From Blastocladiella emersonii ATCC 22665 (Eukaryota; Fungi; Blastocladiomycota), in assembly GCA_025594325.1 (NCBI GenBank), contig JANHCV010000005.1, positions 2,108,001-2,172,000 of the forward strand: 64,000 nucleotides of DNA, in the 5' to 3' direction. Position 1 is the stretch's first letter; each line of letters opens with the position of its first letter. The position numbers were made by a program, and so were the translations under genes. The notes beneath the pieces were generated by a model. That model did no database searches. It saw only the letters and a program-made list of their open reading frames with translations, and had not been told where the DNA came from. Below are positions 50,929-64,000 of the stretch, in pieces.

Positions 50929-52213
50929 ACCCTCCACGAATCACACCGCGCCGCCGCCTCTGTTGCCGCCGCGGCCGCCGCTAAACGACCAATCGAATCT
51001 TCTACTACACCACCAACACCACCACCACCACCCGCTACGCTTTCTCCTGTCCATGGCGAGGACCTCAGCACTCCCGGCTACGCCATGGTCGGCGAGTCCG
51101 TTGCTGGCGCGACGCGGTCCCTTGCCTCGTTCGGCCGTCGCCTCCTCGCCTCCATCTGGCGCGACCCCGCCGCTCTGTCTCGCCTCGCCGGCTGCGTTGT
51201 ACGCGCCCGCGACGTCGCCTTCGCCTCCCGCTCACTCCAACTCGACCGCGACCTCGCTCGACCCGTCCTCGCGGCCATCACGTCCGTCGCCTCCCGATCC
51301 CTCTGGCGCGGCGCCTGGCTCTCTCACTCCGCTGGCTGCGCCGAGGCCGACCCACTCGATTCTTCTGAAGCTCCGCCGCGCGAGCCGCGTGAGCGGGCCC
51401 GCCGCCCATTTGGCCAGCCCATTGCCACACTCAAGTTCATCAACCGCCACCACTACTGCTCTCGCTGTCTGAGCTCGCTCCATTCCCACGTCCCCAACCC
51501 GTCTGGGCGTGAAGAAGACCCGCCAGTGTGCCCGCCGTCCACCGCGGCCCAAGCGGCTCTTGTTGCAGATCCCTCCGTCCGACTTTGGCTGCTCGGTTCC
51601 CCAAGGCACATTCGGTGATGTGACTAGACCAAGGATCGGCGCAGTCGACGCAAGTCCAGTAGCACCAGGTGTTTGCGCGCGGTACTGACCCATCCACTTT
51701 CTCTCGTTCTGACGACGATGAAACGCATGATCCGCCACTGAATGGCGCTGACGCACAAAAGAAAACGAAGGAGAAAAACAAAAAGAAAAGAAACGCAAAA
51801 AGAAGAATGTCCGCACAAAAAGATGGAAAAACATCTGACGAACCTCACAGGCCATGCCCAAGACCACAGCACTGCCACTGGTCCATTGGCATGTCCTCGC
51901 GCTCTAGTTGGTCACGCCAGCTTGTCTCTCTGCTCGGTCTCTCTTTACTGCGTTTCGTTCGCTCTCTTAGCTCGCTGCTCGAGCTCGCTCTCTCTTCGCC
52001 TCGTTCGCCCATCTCTCTCGTACTCCCCTCTCCTCCCACAATTCTTCCCCCTATGCTCCTCGACGTGCACGGTCCGGGCTTGTCGTACTGCGGCTTGCCC
52101 ACAAAAGGGCTGCTGCCCGTTGCACAGTGGATATTCTGCTTGCAGTTCACAACCGCTGTTAAGGAATAAATGCATTGGTTCCAAAAAAAAAAAGAAACCC
52201 TCCACGAATCACA
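50929..52213 (+). mobile_element. Copy of the retro-insertion (unit 13; A11)
   Basis: Same TSDs and junctions as unit 1. Confidence 0.85.
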
Positions 52214-55103
52214 ATATGCGCGCAATGAATTGACCGATGATATGGCCGTACCAAACCAGCCACGTAGACAATTGTCATGGTAGTCGAACAAAACCATATT
52301 CAAATCTTGGACTACCCGCTTGTCCAGCTAGCCAGGGACCCATAAATCACAGTATCGACCCAACTAAATATTTGACAGCAGAAATATAGTAAACCAACCT
52401 CGTACAAAATTGTCATGGTACTCAAACAAAACCATATTCAAAACCTTGACTTCCCGCATATCCAGCTGGCCAGGGACCCATAAATCACAGTATGGAACCA
52501 ACAAAGTATCTGACAACAGAAATATGGTAAAACAGCTACGCGGATAATTGTCATGGTACTCAATCAAAACCATACTCAAACCTTTGCTTTCCTGCATGTC
52601 CAGCTGGCCACTGACCCATAAATCACAGTATCGGACCAAGAAAATATCTGACCATGGAAATATAGTATACCAGCCACCTAGGTAATTGTCATGGCACTCA
52701 AACAAAACCATAGTCAAGTCTTTGACTATCCACATGTCCAGCTGATTGAGGACCCATGAATCGTAACGTCAAAGCAACAATATATCTCACCATGGAAGTA
52801 TAGTAAACCAGCCACTCTGGCAATTGTCATGGTACTCAAACAAAACCATACTCAAATCTATGACTTCCCACATGTCCAGCAGGTTGGACACCCATAAATC
52901 ACAGTATCAAACCAACAAAATATCAGACCACAGGAGTATATAAAAGCGACCACGTAGGTAATTGTCTTGGTACTCAAACAAAACCATATTCAAATCTTTC
53001 AATTCCCGCTTGTCCAGCTAGCCAGGGACCCATAAATCACAGGATCACAGCAACAAAGTATCTGACAACAGAAATATGGTACACCAGCCACGTAGATAAT
53101 TGTCATGGTACTCAAACAAAACCATACTCAAATCTTCGAGTGCCCCATGTCCAGGTGGGCAAGGGCCTATAAATCACAGTATTGAACCAAGAAAATACCT
53201 GACGATCGGGATGTATCAAACCCGCCACGCTGATACTTGTCGTGGTACTCAAACATAACCATACTCAGCCAAATCTTTGAATACCCTCACGTCCAGGTGG
53301 GCAAGGAACCAAAGCGCCAGATATTCAAATCTACCGCTTTGTGCACACTCCACTAGCCAACTCTTCGATCCACTAATTATGGAGCCCGTCGTCAAAGTAC
53401 ACTGTCCAATCAACTAAGTAAACAGCCAACCTGCCAGCCTGCCAGCCTGCCAGCCTGCCAGCCTGCCAGCCTGCCAGCCTGCCAGCCTGCCAGCCTGCCA
53501 GCCTGCCAGCCTGCCAGCCTGCCAGCCTGCCAACCTGCCAACCTGCCAACCTGCCGCCTTGCCTACCTGCTATCCGAACACCCACACCGCCTCGCAAGTC
53601 ATTGGGGGCCCGCGCTCTCTGGTTGCCGTCCCAGCCAACAAAGGAATGAATGATGAGCCCTGGCAGCCTGGCAGCCTGCCACACTGACAGCCTGACTGAC
53701 AGCGCCCACCCAGTAGATATTATCTATCTCGTAGGTAGTCTGGGAGGACTTCGTTAGTCAATACACGACCAGTCTCCTCCTGGCTGCCGGCTCTGCTGTC
53801 CACTCCAAGTCCTGCATGATGATGGGCCAAGGAGGGTTCCGAGCAGCTCCTCTGTCTACCCGCGTGAAACCACTCACCCGCTGACGGATGTATACCACGC
53901 ACCGTGCAGCGCGCACAGCACACAGCGCCCGACGCACCACGCGGTGCGCACACGGCGCAAACGGCCACCCTGGTGTCACACACACTCGCATGAACGGCAG
54001 GCATGCAAGGCGTCCGTCCTCAACTCAACAATGATTTATCATCCAGGCTTACTACTCGCTCCAACGGGTGCGCCTGCCTGCCCTCCCAGTGCCGTTGATT
54101 GATTGATGGGTGCGCCAGCCCCTGTTGCCAGCCACGTGGCAAGCAACACCTCAGCACCTGCGTCGCCCTGGCCACCGTCCGTACCTTGCAAACAGCGTAG
54201 CAGCCGTACTGCTTCACAGGGCTGCAGAGGGCTGGCTGCGGAGGGCTGAGGCGGCAGGGCTCCTCCTGCAGGAAGGAGACAGTGCTGGGGCCAAGGAGTG
54301 CTAGGGACGACAAACTGAATGGTGAATGACCAGACCAACACACCACATGCTCCTGGCAGGAGTGCGTGTGGGCGTGCGGGCCCGTGTCCGTGCGTGCCTG
54401 TGTCTGTGCGTGCCTGGATTAGACCTCCATCACAAGCGCCAAGTGACCAAGTGACCAAGTGACAAAGTGACCAAGGTGACCAAGGTGACCAAGGTGACCA
54501 AGGTGACCAGGGTGACCAAGGTGACCAAGTGACACACAAGCACCAAGCTAGGGTGGCCGGGCGGCCATGGACCGTACTGCATGGGTACCATTACCGTGGA
54601 CTGGCCGCGGCCATTTATTGCAGCACAGCCCTGCCTGGCTCAGGACGCGGCGGGCGTGGGAGGCGGGCAGGGTAGATAGGTAGCAGCAGCAGGACCTGGC
54701 TAGCTGGCTGTCAAACAACACGAGTGAAGGGGTGCGTGAGGGAGGGTGTGTTGAACGAATGGATGGGTGGATGCAGGCAGACCTTCATACGTGTCGTGCG
54801 TGATGAGGATTGGTTGGCCACCATCCACCAACGCCATGGCATGGCTGCGGGTGTCGCTGCGTGCGCCTTGGCGGGTGGTGGTGTTGGTGGGTGGTGTTGG
54901 TGGGTGCTGTGGTGGTAGTGGAGCTAAAGTGGTGTTGTGGGGCTCCTGGGGTCCCCTTCCCTTCCTGTCTGGCCTAGGTGGGTGGGTGGGCGGACGTAGC
55001 GCGCATGCGGGCGGGCAAGGTAGGAACGTTGCTCACGCAATGGATCATGTATTTTATGGAACGTAGTCTGCACAGCAGAGAGGGGGATGTCCGGCCCAAT
55101 CGG

Positions 55104-56387
55104 ACCCTCCACGAATCACACCGCGCCGCCGCCTCTGTTGCCGCCGCGGCCGCCGCTAAACGACCAATCGAATCTTCTACTACACCACCAACACCACCAC
55201 CACCACCCGCTACGCTTTCTCCTGTCCATGGCGAGGACCTCAGCACTCCCGGCTACGCCATGGTCGGCGAGTCCGTTGCTGGCGCGACGCGGTCCCTTGC
55301 CTCGTTCGGCCGTCGCCTCCTCGCCTCCATCTGGCGCGACCCCGCCGCTCTGTCTCGCCTCGCCGGCTGCGTTGTACGCGCCCGCGACGTCGCCTTCGCC
55401 TCCCGCTCACTCCAACTCGACCGCGACCTCGCTCGACCCGTCCTCGCGGCCATCACGTCCGTCGCCTCCCGATCCCTCTGGCGCGGCGCCTGGCTCTCTC
55501 ACTCCGCTGGCTGCGCCGAGGCCGACCCACTCGATTCTTCTGAAGCTCCGCCGCGCGAGCCGCGTGAGCGGGCCCGCCGCCCATTTGGCCAGCCCATTGC
55601 CACACTCAAGTTCATCAACCGCCACCACTACTGCTCTCGCTGTCTGAGCTCGCTCCATTCCCACGTCCCCAACCCGTCTGGGCGTGAAGAAGACCCGCCA
55701 GTGTGCCCGCCGTCCACCGCGGCCCAAGCGGCTCTTGTTGCAGATCCCTCCGTCCGACTTTGGCTGCTCGGTTCCCCAAGGCACATTCGGTGATGTGACT
55801 AGACCAAGGATCGGCGCAGTCGACGCAAGTCCAGTAGCACCAGGTGTTTGCGCGCGGTACTGACCCATCCACTTTCTCTCGTTCTGACGACGATGAAACG
55901 CATGATCCGCCACTGAATGGCGCTGACGCACAAAAGAAAACGAAGGAGAAAAACAAAAAGAAAAGAAACGCAAAAAGAAGAATGTCCGCACAAAAAGATG
56001 GAAAAACATCTGACGAACCTCACAGGCCATGCCCAAGACCACAGCACTGCCACTGGTCCATTGGCATGTCCTCGCGCTCTAGTTGGTCACGCCAGCTTGT
56101 CTCTCTGCTCGGTCTCTCTTTACTGCGTTTCGTTCGCTCTCTTAGCTCGCTGCTCGAGCTCGCTCTCTCTTCGCCTCGTTCGCCCATCTCTCTCGTACTC
56201 CCCTCTCCTCCCACAATTCTTCCCCCTATGCTCCTCGACGTGCACGGTCCGGGCTTGTCGTACTGCGGCTTGCCCACAAAAGGGCTGCTGCCCGTTGCAC
56301 AGTGGATATTCTGCTTGCAGTTCACAACCGCTGTTAAGGAATAAATGCATTGGTTCCAAAAAAAAAAGAAACCCTCCACGAATCACA
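55104..56387 (+). mobile_element. Copy of the retro-insertion (unit 14; A10)
   Basis: Same TSDs and junctions as unit 1. Confidence 0.85.
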
Positions 56388-59253
56388 ATATGCACGCAAT
56401 GAATTGACCGATGATATGGCCGTACCAAACCAGCCACGTAGACAATTGTCATGGTAGTCGAACAAAACCATATTCAAATCTTGGACTACCCGCTTGTCCA
56501 GCTAGCCAGGGACCCATAAATCACAGTATCGACCCAACTAAATATTTGACAGCAGAAATATAGTAAACCAACCTCGTACAAAATTGTCATGGTACTCAAA
56601 CAAAACCATATTCAAAACCTTGACTTCCCGCATATCCAGCTGGCCAGGGACCCATAAATCACAGTATGGAACCAACAAAGTATCTGACAACAGAAATATG
56701 GTAAAACAGCTACGCGGATAATTGTCATGGTACTCAATCAAAACCATACTCAAACCTTTGCTTTCCTGCATGTCCAGCTGGCCACTGACCCATAAATCAC
56801 AGTATCGGACCAAGAAAATATCTGACCATGGAAATATAGTATACCAGCCACCTAGGTAATTGTCATGGCACTCAAACAAAACCATAGTCAAGTCTTTGAC
56901 TATCCACATGTCCAGCTGATTGAGGACCCATGAATCGTAACGTCAAAGCAACAATATATCTCACCATGGAAGTATAGTAAACCAGCCACTCTGGCAATTG
57001 TCATGGTACTCAAACAAAACCATACTCAAATCTATGACTTCCCACATGTCCAGCAGGTTGGACACCCATAAATCACAGTATCAAACCAACAAAATATCAG
57101 ACCACAGGAGTATATAAAACCGACCACGTAGGTAATTGTCTTGGTACTCAAACAAAACCATATTCAAATCTTTCAATTCCCGCTTGTCCAGCTAGCCAGG
57201 GACCCATAAATCACAGGATCACAGCAACAAAGTATCTGACAACAGAAATATGGTACACCAGCCACGTAGATAATTGTCATGGTACTCAAACAAAACCATA
57301 CTCAAATCTTCGAGTGCCCCATGTCCAGGTGGGCAAGGGCCTATAAATCACAGTATTGAACCAAGAAAATACCTGACGATCGGGATGTATCAAACCCGCC
57401 ACGCTGATACTTGTCGTGGTACTCAAACATAACCATACTCAGCCAAATCTTTGAATACCCTCACGTCCAGGTGGGCAAGGAACCAAAGCGCCAGATATTC
57501 AAATCTACCGCTTTGTGCACACTCCACTAGCCAACTCTTCGATCCACTAATTATGGAGCCCGTCGTCAAAGTACACTGTCCAATCAACTAAGTAAACAGC
57601 CAACCTGCCAGCCTGCCAGCCTGCCAGCCTGCCAGCCTGCCAGCCTGCCAGCCTGCCAGCCTGCCAGCCTGCCAGCCTGCCAACCTGCCAACCTGCCAAC
57701 CTGCCGCCTTGCCTACCTGCTATCCGAACACCCACACCGCCTCGCAAGTCATTGGGGGCCCGCGCTCTCTGGTTGCCGTCCCAGCCAACAAAGGAATGAA
57801 TGATGAGCCCTGGCAGCCTGGCAGCCTGCCACACTGACAGCCTGACTGACAGCGCCCACCCAGTAGATATTATCTATCTCGTAGGTAGTCTGGGAGGACT
57901 TCGTTAGTCAATACACGACCAGTCTCCTCCTGGCTGCCGGCTCTGCTGTCCACTCCAAGTCCTGCATGATGATGGGCCAAGGAGGGTTCCGAGCAGCTCC
58001 TCTGTCTACCCGCGTGAAACCACTCACCCGCTGACGGATGTATACCACGCACCGTGCAGCGCGCACAGCACACAGCGCCCGACGCACCACGCGGTGCGCA
58101 CACGGCGCAAACGGCCACCCTGGTGTCACACACACTCGCATGAACGGCAGGCATGCAAGGCGTCCGTCCTCAACTCAACAATGATTTATCATCCAGGCTT
58201 ACTACTCGCTCCAACGGGTGCGCCTGCCTGCCCTCCCAGTGCCGTTGATTGATTGATGGGTGCGCCAGCCCCTGTTGCCAGCCACGTGGCAAGCAACACC
58301 TCAGCACCTGCGTCGCCCTGGCCACCGTCCGTACCTTGCAAACAGCGTAGCAGCCGTACTGCTTCACAGGGCTGCAGAGGGCTGGCTGCGGAGGGCTGAG
58401 GCGGCAGGGCTCCTCCTGCAGGAAGGAGACAGTGCTGGGGCCAAGGAGTGCTAGGGACGACAAACTGAATGGTGAATGACCAGACCAACACACCACATGC
58501 TCCTGGCAGGAGTGCGTGTGGGCGTGCGGGCCCGTGTCCGTGCGTGCCTGTGTCTGTGCGTGCCTGGATTAGACCTCCATCACAAGCGCCAAGTGACCAA
58601 GTGACCAAGTGACAAAGTGACCAAGGTGACCAAGGTGACCAAGGTGACCAAGGTGACCAGGGTGACCAAGGTGACCAAGTGACACACAAGCACCAAGCTA
58701 GGGTGGCCGGGCGGCCATGGACCGTACTGCATGGGTACCATTACCGTGGACTGGCCGCGGCCATTTATTGCAGCACAGCCCTGCCTGGCTCAGGACGCGG
58801 CGGGCGTGGGAGGCGGGCAGGGTAGATAGGTAGCAGCAGCAGGACCTGGCTAGCTGGCTGTCAAACAACACGAGTGAAGGGGTGCGTGAGGGAGGGTGTG
58901 TTGAACGAATGGATGGGTGGATGCAGGCAGACCTTCATACGTGTCGTGCGTGATGAGGATTGGTTGGCCACCATCCACCAACGCCATGGCATGGCTGCGG
59001 GTGTCGCTGCGTGCGCCTTGGCGGGTGGTGGTGTTGGTGGGTGGTGTTGGTGGGTGCTGTGGTGGTAGTGGAGCTAAAGTGGTGTTGTGGGGCTCCTGGG
59101 GTCCCCTTCCCTTCCTGTCTGGCCTAGGTGGGTGGGTGGGCGGACGTAGCGCGCATGCGGGCGGGCAAGGTAGGAACGTTGCTCACGCAATGGATCATGT
59201 ATTTTATGGAACGTAGTCTGCACAGCAGAGAGGGGGATGTCCGGCCCAATCGG

Positions 59254-60538
59254 ACCCTCCACGAATCACACCGCGCCGCCGCCTCTGTTGCCGCCGCGGC
59301 CGCCGCTAAACGACCAATCGAATCTTCTACTACACCACCAACACCACCACCACCACCCGCTACGCTTTCTCCTGTCCATGGCGAGGACCTCAGCACTCCC
59401 GGCTACGCCATGGTCGGCGAGTCCGTTGCTGGCGCGACGCGGTCCCTTGCCTCGTTCGGCCGTCGCCTCCTCGCCTCCATCTGGCGCGACCCCGCCGCTC
59501 TGTCTCGCCTCGCCGGCTGCGTTGTACGCGCCCGCGACGTCGCCTTCGCCTCCCGCTCACTCCAACTCGACCGCGACCTCGCTCGACCCGTCCTCGCGGC
59601 CATCACGTCCGTCGCCTCCCGATCCCTCTGGCGCGGCGCCTGGCTCTCTCACTCCGCTGGCTGCGCCGAGGCCGACCCACTCGATTCTTCTGAAGCTCCG
59701 CCGCGCGAGCCGCGTGAGCGGGCCCGCCGCCCATTTGGCCAGCCCATTGCCACACTCAAGTTCATCAACCGCCACCACTACTGCTCTCGCTGTCTGAGCT
59801 CGCTCCATTCCCACGTCCCCAACCCGTCTGGGCGTGAAGAAGACCCGCCAGTGTGCCCGCCGTCCACCGCGGCCCAAGCGGCTCTTGTTGCAGATCCCTC
59901 CGTCCGACTTTGGCTGCTCGGTTCCCCAAGGCACATTCGGTGATGTGACTAGACCAAGGATCGGCGCAGTCGACGCAAGTCCAGTAGCACCAGGTGTTTG
60001 CGCGCGGTACTGACCCATCCACTTTCTCTCGTTCTGACGACGATGAAACGCATGATCCGCCACTGAATGGCGCTGACGCACAAAAGAAAACGAAGGAGAA
60101 AAACAAAAAGAAAAGAAACGCAAAAAGAAGAATGTCCGCACAAAAAGATGGAAAAACATCTGACGAACCTCACAGGCCATGCCCAAGACCACAGCACTGC
60201 CACTGGTCCATTGGCATGTCCTCGCGCTCTAGTTGGTCACGCCAGCTTGTCTCTCTGCTCGGTCTCTCTTTACTGCGTTTCGTTCGCTCTCTTAGCTCGC
60301 TGCTCGAGCTCGCTCTCTCTTCGCCTCGTTCGCCCATCTCTCTCGTACTCCCCTCTCCTCCCACAATTCTTCCCCCTATGCTCCTCGACGTGCACGGTCC
60401 GGGCTTGTCGTACTGCGGCTTGCCCACAAAAGGGCTGCTGCCCGTTGCACAGTGGATATTCTGCTTGCAGTTCACAACCGCTGTTAAGGAATAAATGCAT
60501 TGGTTCCAAAAAAAAAAAGAAACCCTCCACGAATCACA
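59254..60538 (+). mobile_element. Copy of the retro-insertion (unit 15; A11)
   Basis: Same TSDs and junctions as unit 1. Confidence 0.85.
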
Positions 60539-63364
60539 ATATGCGCGCAATGAATTGACCGATGATATGGCCGTACCAAACCAGCCACGTAGACAATTGT
60601 CATGGTAGTCGAACAAAACCATATTCAAATCTTGGACTACCCGCTTGTCCAGCTAGCCAGGGACCCATAAATCACAGTATCGACCCAACTAAATATTTGA
60701 CAGCAGAAATATAGTAAACCAACCTCGTACAAAATTGTCATGGTACTCAAACAAAACCATATTCAAAACCTTGACTTCCCGCATATCCAGCTGGCCAGGG
60801 ACCCATAAATCACAGTATGGAACCAACAAAGTATCTGACAACAGAAATATGGTAAAACAGCTACGCGGATAATTGTCATGGTACTCAATCAAAACCATAC
60901 TCAAACCTTTGCTTTCCTGCATGTCCAGCTGGCCACTGACCCATAAATCACAGTATCGGACCAAGAAAATATCTGACCATGGAAATATAGTATACCAGCC
61001 ACCTAGGTAATTGTCATGGCACTCAAACAAAACCATAGTCAAGTCTTTGACTATCCACATGTCCAGCTGATTGAGGACCCATGAATCGTAACGTCAAAGC
61101 AACAATATATCTCACCATGGAAGTATAGTAAACCAGCCACTCTGGCAATTGTCATGGTACTCAAACAAAACCATACTCAAATCTATGACTTCCCACATGT
61201 CCAGCAGGTTGGACACCCATAAATCACAGTATCAAACCAACAAAATATCAGACCACAGGAGTATATAAAACCGACCACGTAGGTAATTGTCTTGGTACTC
61301 AAACAAAACCATATTCAAATCTTTCAATTCCCGCTTGTCCAGCTAGCCAGGGACCCATAAATCACAGGATCACAGCAACAAAGTATCTGACAACAGAAAT
61401 ATGGTACACCAGCCACGTAGATAATTGTCATGGTACTCAAACAAAACCATACTCAAATCTTCGAGTGCCCCATGTCCAGGTGGGCAAGGGCCTATAAATC
61501 ACAGTATTGAACCAAGAAAATACCTGACGATCGGGATGTATCAAACCCGCCACGCTGATACTTGTCGTGGTACTCAAACATAACCATACTCAGCCAAATC
61601 TTTGAATACCCTCACGTCCAGGTGGGCAAGGAACCAAAGCGCCAGATATTCAAATCTACCGCTTTGTGCACACTCCACTAGCCAACTCTTCGATCCACTA
61701 ATTATGGAGCCCGTCGTCAAAGTACACTGTCCAATCAACTAAGTAAACAGCCAACCTGCCAGCCTGCCAGCCTGCCAGCCTGCCAGCCTGCCAACCTGCC
61801 AACCTGCCAACCTGCCGCCTTGCCTACCTGCTATCCGAACACCCACACCGCCTCGCAAGTCATTGGGGGCCCGCGCTCTCTGGTTGCCGTCCCAGCCAAC
61901 AAAGGAATGAATGATGAGCCCTGGCAGCCTGGCAGCCTGCCACACTGACAGCCTGACTGACAGCGCCCACCCAGTAGATATTATCTATCTCGTAGGTAGT
62001 CTGGGAGGACTTCGTTAGTCAATACACGACCAGTCTCCTCCTGGCTGCCGGCTCTGCTGTCCACTCCAAGTCCTGCATGATGATGGGCCAAGGAGGGTTC
62101 CGAGCAGCTCCTCTGTCTACCCGCGTGAAACCACTCACCCGCTGACGGATGTATACCACGCACCGTGCAGCGCGCACAGCACACAGCGCCCGACGCACCA
62201 CGCGGTGCGCACACGGCGCAAACGGCCACCCTGGTGTCACACACACTCGCATGAACGGCAGGCATGCAAGGCGTCCGTCCTCAACTCAACAATGATTTAT
62301 CATCCAGGCTTACTACTCGCTCCAACGGGTGCGCCTGCCTGCCCTCCCAGTGCCGTTGATTGATTGATGGGTGCGCCAGCCCCTGTTGCCAGCCACGTGG
62401 CAAGCAACACCTCAGCACCTGCGTCGCCCTGGCCACCGTCCGTACCTTGCAAACAGCGTAGCAGCCGTACTGCTTCACAGGGCTGCAGAGGGCTGGCTGC
62501 GGAGGGCTGAGGCGGCAGGGCTCCTCCTGCAGGAAGGAGACAGTGCTGGGGCCAAGGAGTGCTAGGGACGACAAACTGAATGGTGAATGACCAGACCAAC
62601 ACACCACATGCTCCTGGCAGGAGTGCGTGTGGGCGTGCGGGCCCGTGTCCGTGCGTGCCTGTGTCTGTGCGTGCCTGGATTAGACCTCCATCACAAGCGC
62701 CAAGTGACCAAGTGACCAAGTGACAAAGTGACCAAGGTGACCAAGGTGACCAAGGTGACCAAGGTGACCAGGGTGACCAAGGTGACCAAGTGACACACAA
62801 GCACCAAGCTAGGGTGGCCGGGCGGCCATGGACCGTACTGCATGGGTACCATTACCGTGGACTGGCCGCGGCCATTTATTGCAGCACAGCCCTGCCTGGC
62901 TCAGGACGCGGCGGGCGTGGGAGGCGGGCAGGGTAGATAGGTAGCAGCAGCAGGACCTGGCTAGCTGGCTGTCAAACAACACGAGTGAAGGGGTGCGTGA
63001 GGGAGGGTGTGTTGAACGAATGGATGGGTGGATGCAGGCAGACCTTCATACGTGTCGTGCGTGATGAGGATTGGTTGGCCACCATCCACCAACGCCATGG
63101 CATGGCTGCGGGTGTCGCTGCGTGCGCCTTGGCGGGTGGTGGTGTTGGTGGGTGGTGTTGGTGGGTGCTGTGGTGGTAGTGGAGCTAAAGTGGTGTTGTG
63201 GGGCTCCTGGGGTCCCCTTCCCTTCCTGTCTGGCCTAGGTGGGTGGGTGGGCGGACGTAGCGCGCATGCGGGCGGGCAAGGTAGGAACGTTGCTCACGCA
63301 ATGGATCATGTATTTTATGGAACGTAGTCTGCACAGCAGAGAGGGGGATGTCCGGCCCAATCGG

Positions 63365-64000
63365 ACCCTCCACGAATCACACCGCGCCGCCGCCTCTGTT
63401 GCCGCCGCGGCCGCCGCTAAACGACCAATCGAATCTTCTACTACACCACCAACACCACCACCACCACCCGCTACGCTTTCTCCTGTCCATGGCGAGGACC
63501 TCAGCACTCCCGGCTACGCCATGGTCGGCGAGTCCGTTGCTGGCGCGACGCGGTCCCTTGCCTCGTTCGGCCGTCGCCTCCTCGCCTCCATCTGGCGCGA
63601 CCCCGCCGCTCTGTCTCGCCTCGCCGGCTGCGTTGTACGCGCCCGCGACGTCGCCTTCGCCTCCCGCTCACTCCAACTCGACCGCGACCTCGCTCGACCC
63701 GTCCTCGCGGCCATCACGTCCGTCGCCTCCCGATCCCTCTGGCGCGGCGCCTGGCTCTCTCACTCCGCTGGCTGCGCCGAGGCCGACCCACTCGATTCTT
63801 CTGAAGCTCCGCCGCGCGAGCCGCGTGAGCGGGCCCGCCGCCCATTTGGCCAGCCCATTGCCACACTCAAGTTCATCAACCGCCACCACTACTGCTCTCG
63901 CTGTCTGAGCTCGCTCCATTCCCACGTCCCCAACCCGTCTGGGCGTGAAGAAGACCCGCCAGTGTGCCCGCCGTCCACCGCGGCCCAAGCGGCTCTTGTT
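63365..64000 (+). mobile_element. Copy of the retro-insertion (unit 16), cut by the window edge
   Basis: The left TSD is at 63365-63381 and is followed by the same insert sequence up to the window end. Confidence 0.8.

Larger units (their letters stand above)
1..64000. repeat. Tandem macrosatellite array of a ~4.1-kb unit (15 full copies + partial 16th); both array ends lie outside the window
   Basis: With arbitrary phase (TGCTGTCCAC...), units start at 1, 4152, 8262, 12373, 16507, 20641, 24751, 28895, 33063, 37206, 41317, 45468, 49619, 53794, 57944 and 62055. Lengths are 4151, 4110, 4111, 4134, 4134, 4110, 4144, 4168, 4143, 4111, 4151, 4151, 4175, 4150 and 4111. The ORF track recurs with these periods. 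All length differences are explained by 8-bp VNTR copy number plus poly(A) length of 10-12. Confidence 0.99.

Noticed and set aside
1-64000. rDNA, 5S, snRNA or spliced-leader gene array (common explanations for kb-scale tandem units with subrepeats)
   Set aside because: I found no recognisable 18S/5.8S/28S/5S, U1-U6, tRNA or known SL motifs on either strand by eye. An Infernal/Rfam scan of one unit, and of the reconstructed empty site, would be needed to exclude a divergent RNA.
1-64000. Rolling-circle concatemer of a small circular virus or plasmid, or a sequencing artefact
   Set aside because: No Rep/HUH motifs or stem-loop nonanucleotide origin were seen. Units carry recurring linked haplotypes rather than identical copies with random errors.

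Overview
The whole window is one head-to-tail tandem array (macrosatellite) of a ~4.1-kb unit: 15 complete copies plus a partial 16th. Unit lengths are 4110-4175 bp and copies are nearly identical. Poly(A), AATAAA and GC-rich simple repeats suggest a eukaryotic nuclear locus (inference). I recognised no intact gene, rRNA, tRNA, snRNA or CRISPR array, and most ORFs in the track look like by-products of GC-rich repeats. The unit is nested. (1) It holds a ~1.25-kb poly(A)-tailed retroposed insert flanked by an exact 17-bp target-site duplication (ACCCTCCACGAATCACA; 1311-1327 and 2579-2595), containing a 5'-truncated, codon-biased ORF and an AATAAA. (2) The insert sits in the degenerate end of an older array of about eight diverged 138-bp monomers. 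(3) An 8-bp VNTR varies from 4 to 12 copies between units, while an 8/9-bp minisatellite is invariant. (4) There are paired palindromes and a G-quadruplex motif. Shared SNPs are shuffled between units, which indicates recombination or gene conversion inside the array. The best lead is the insert, which may be the 3' end of an uncharacterised, possibly satellite-targeting non-LTR retrotransposon that was amplified together with its target.
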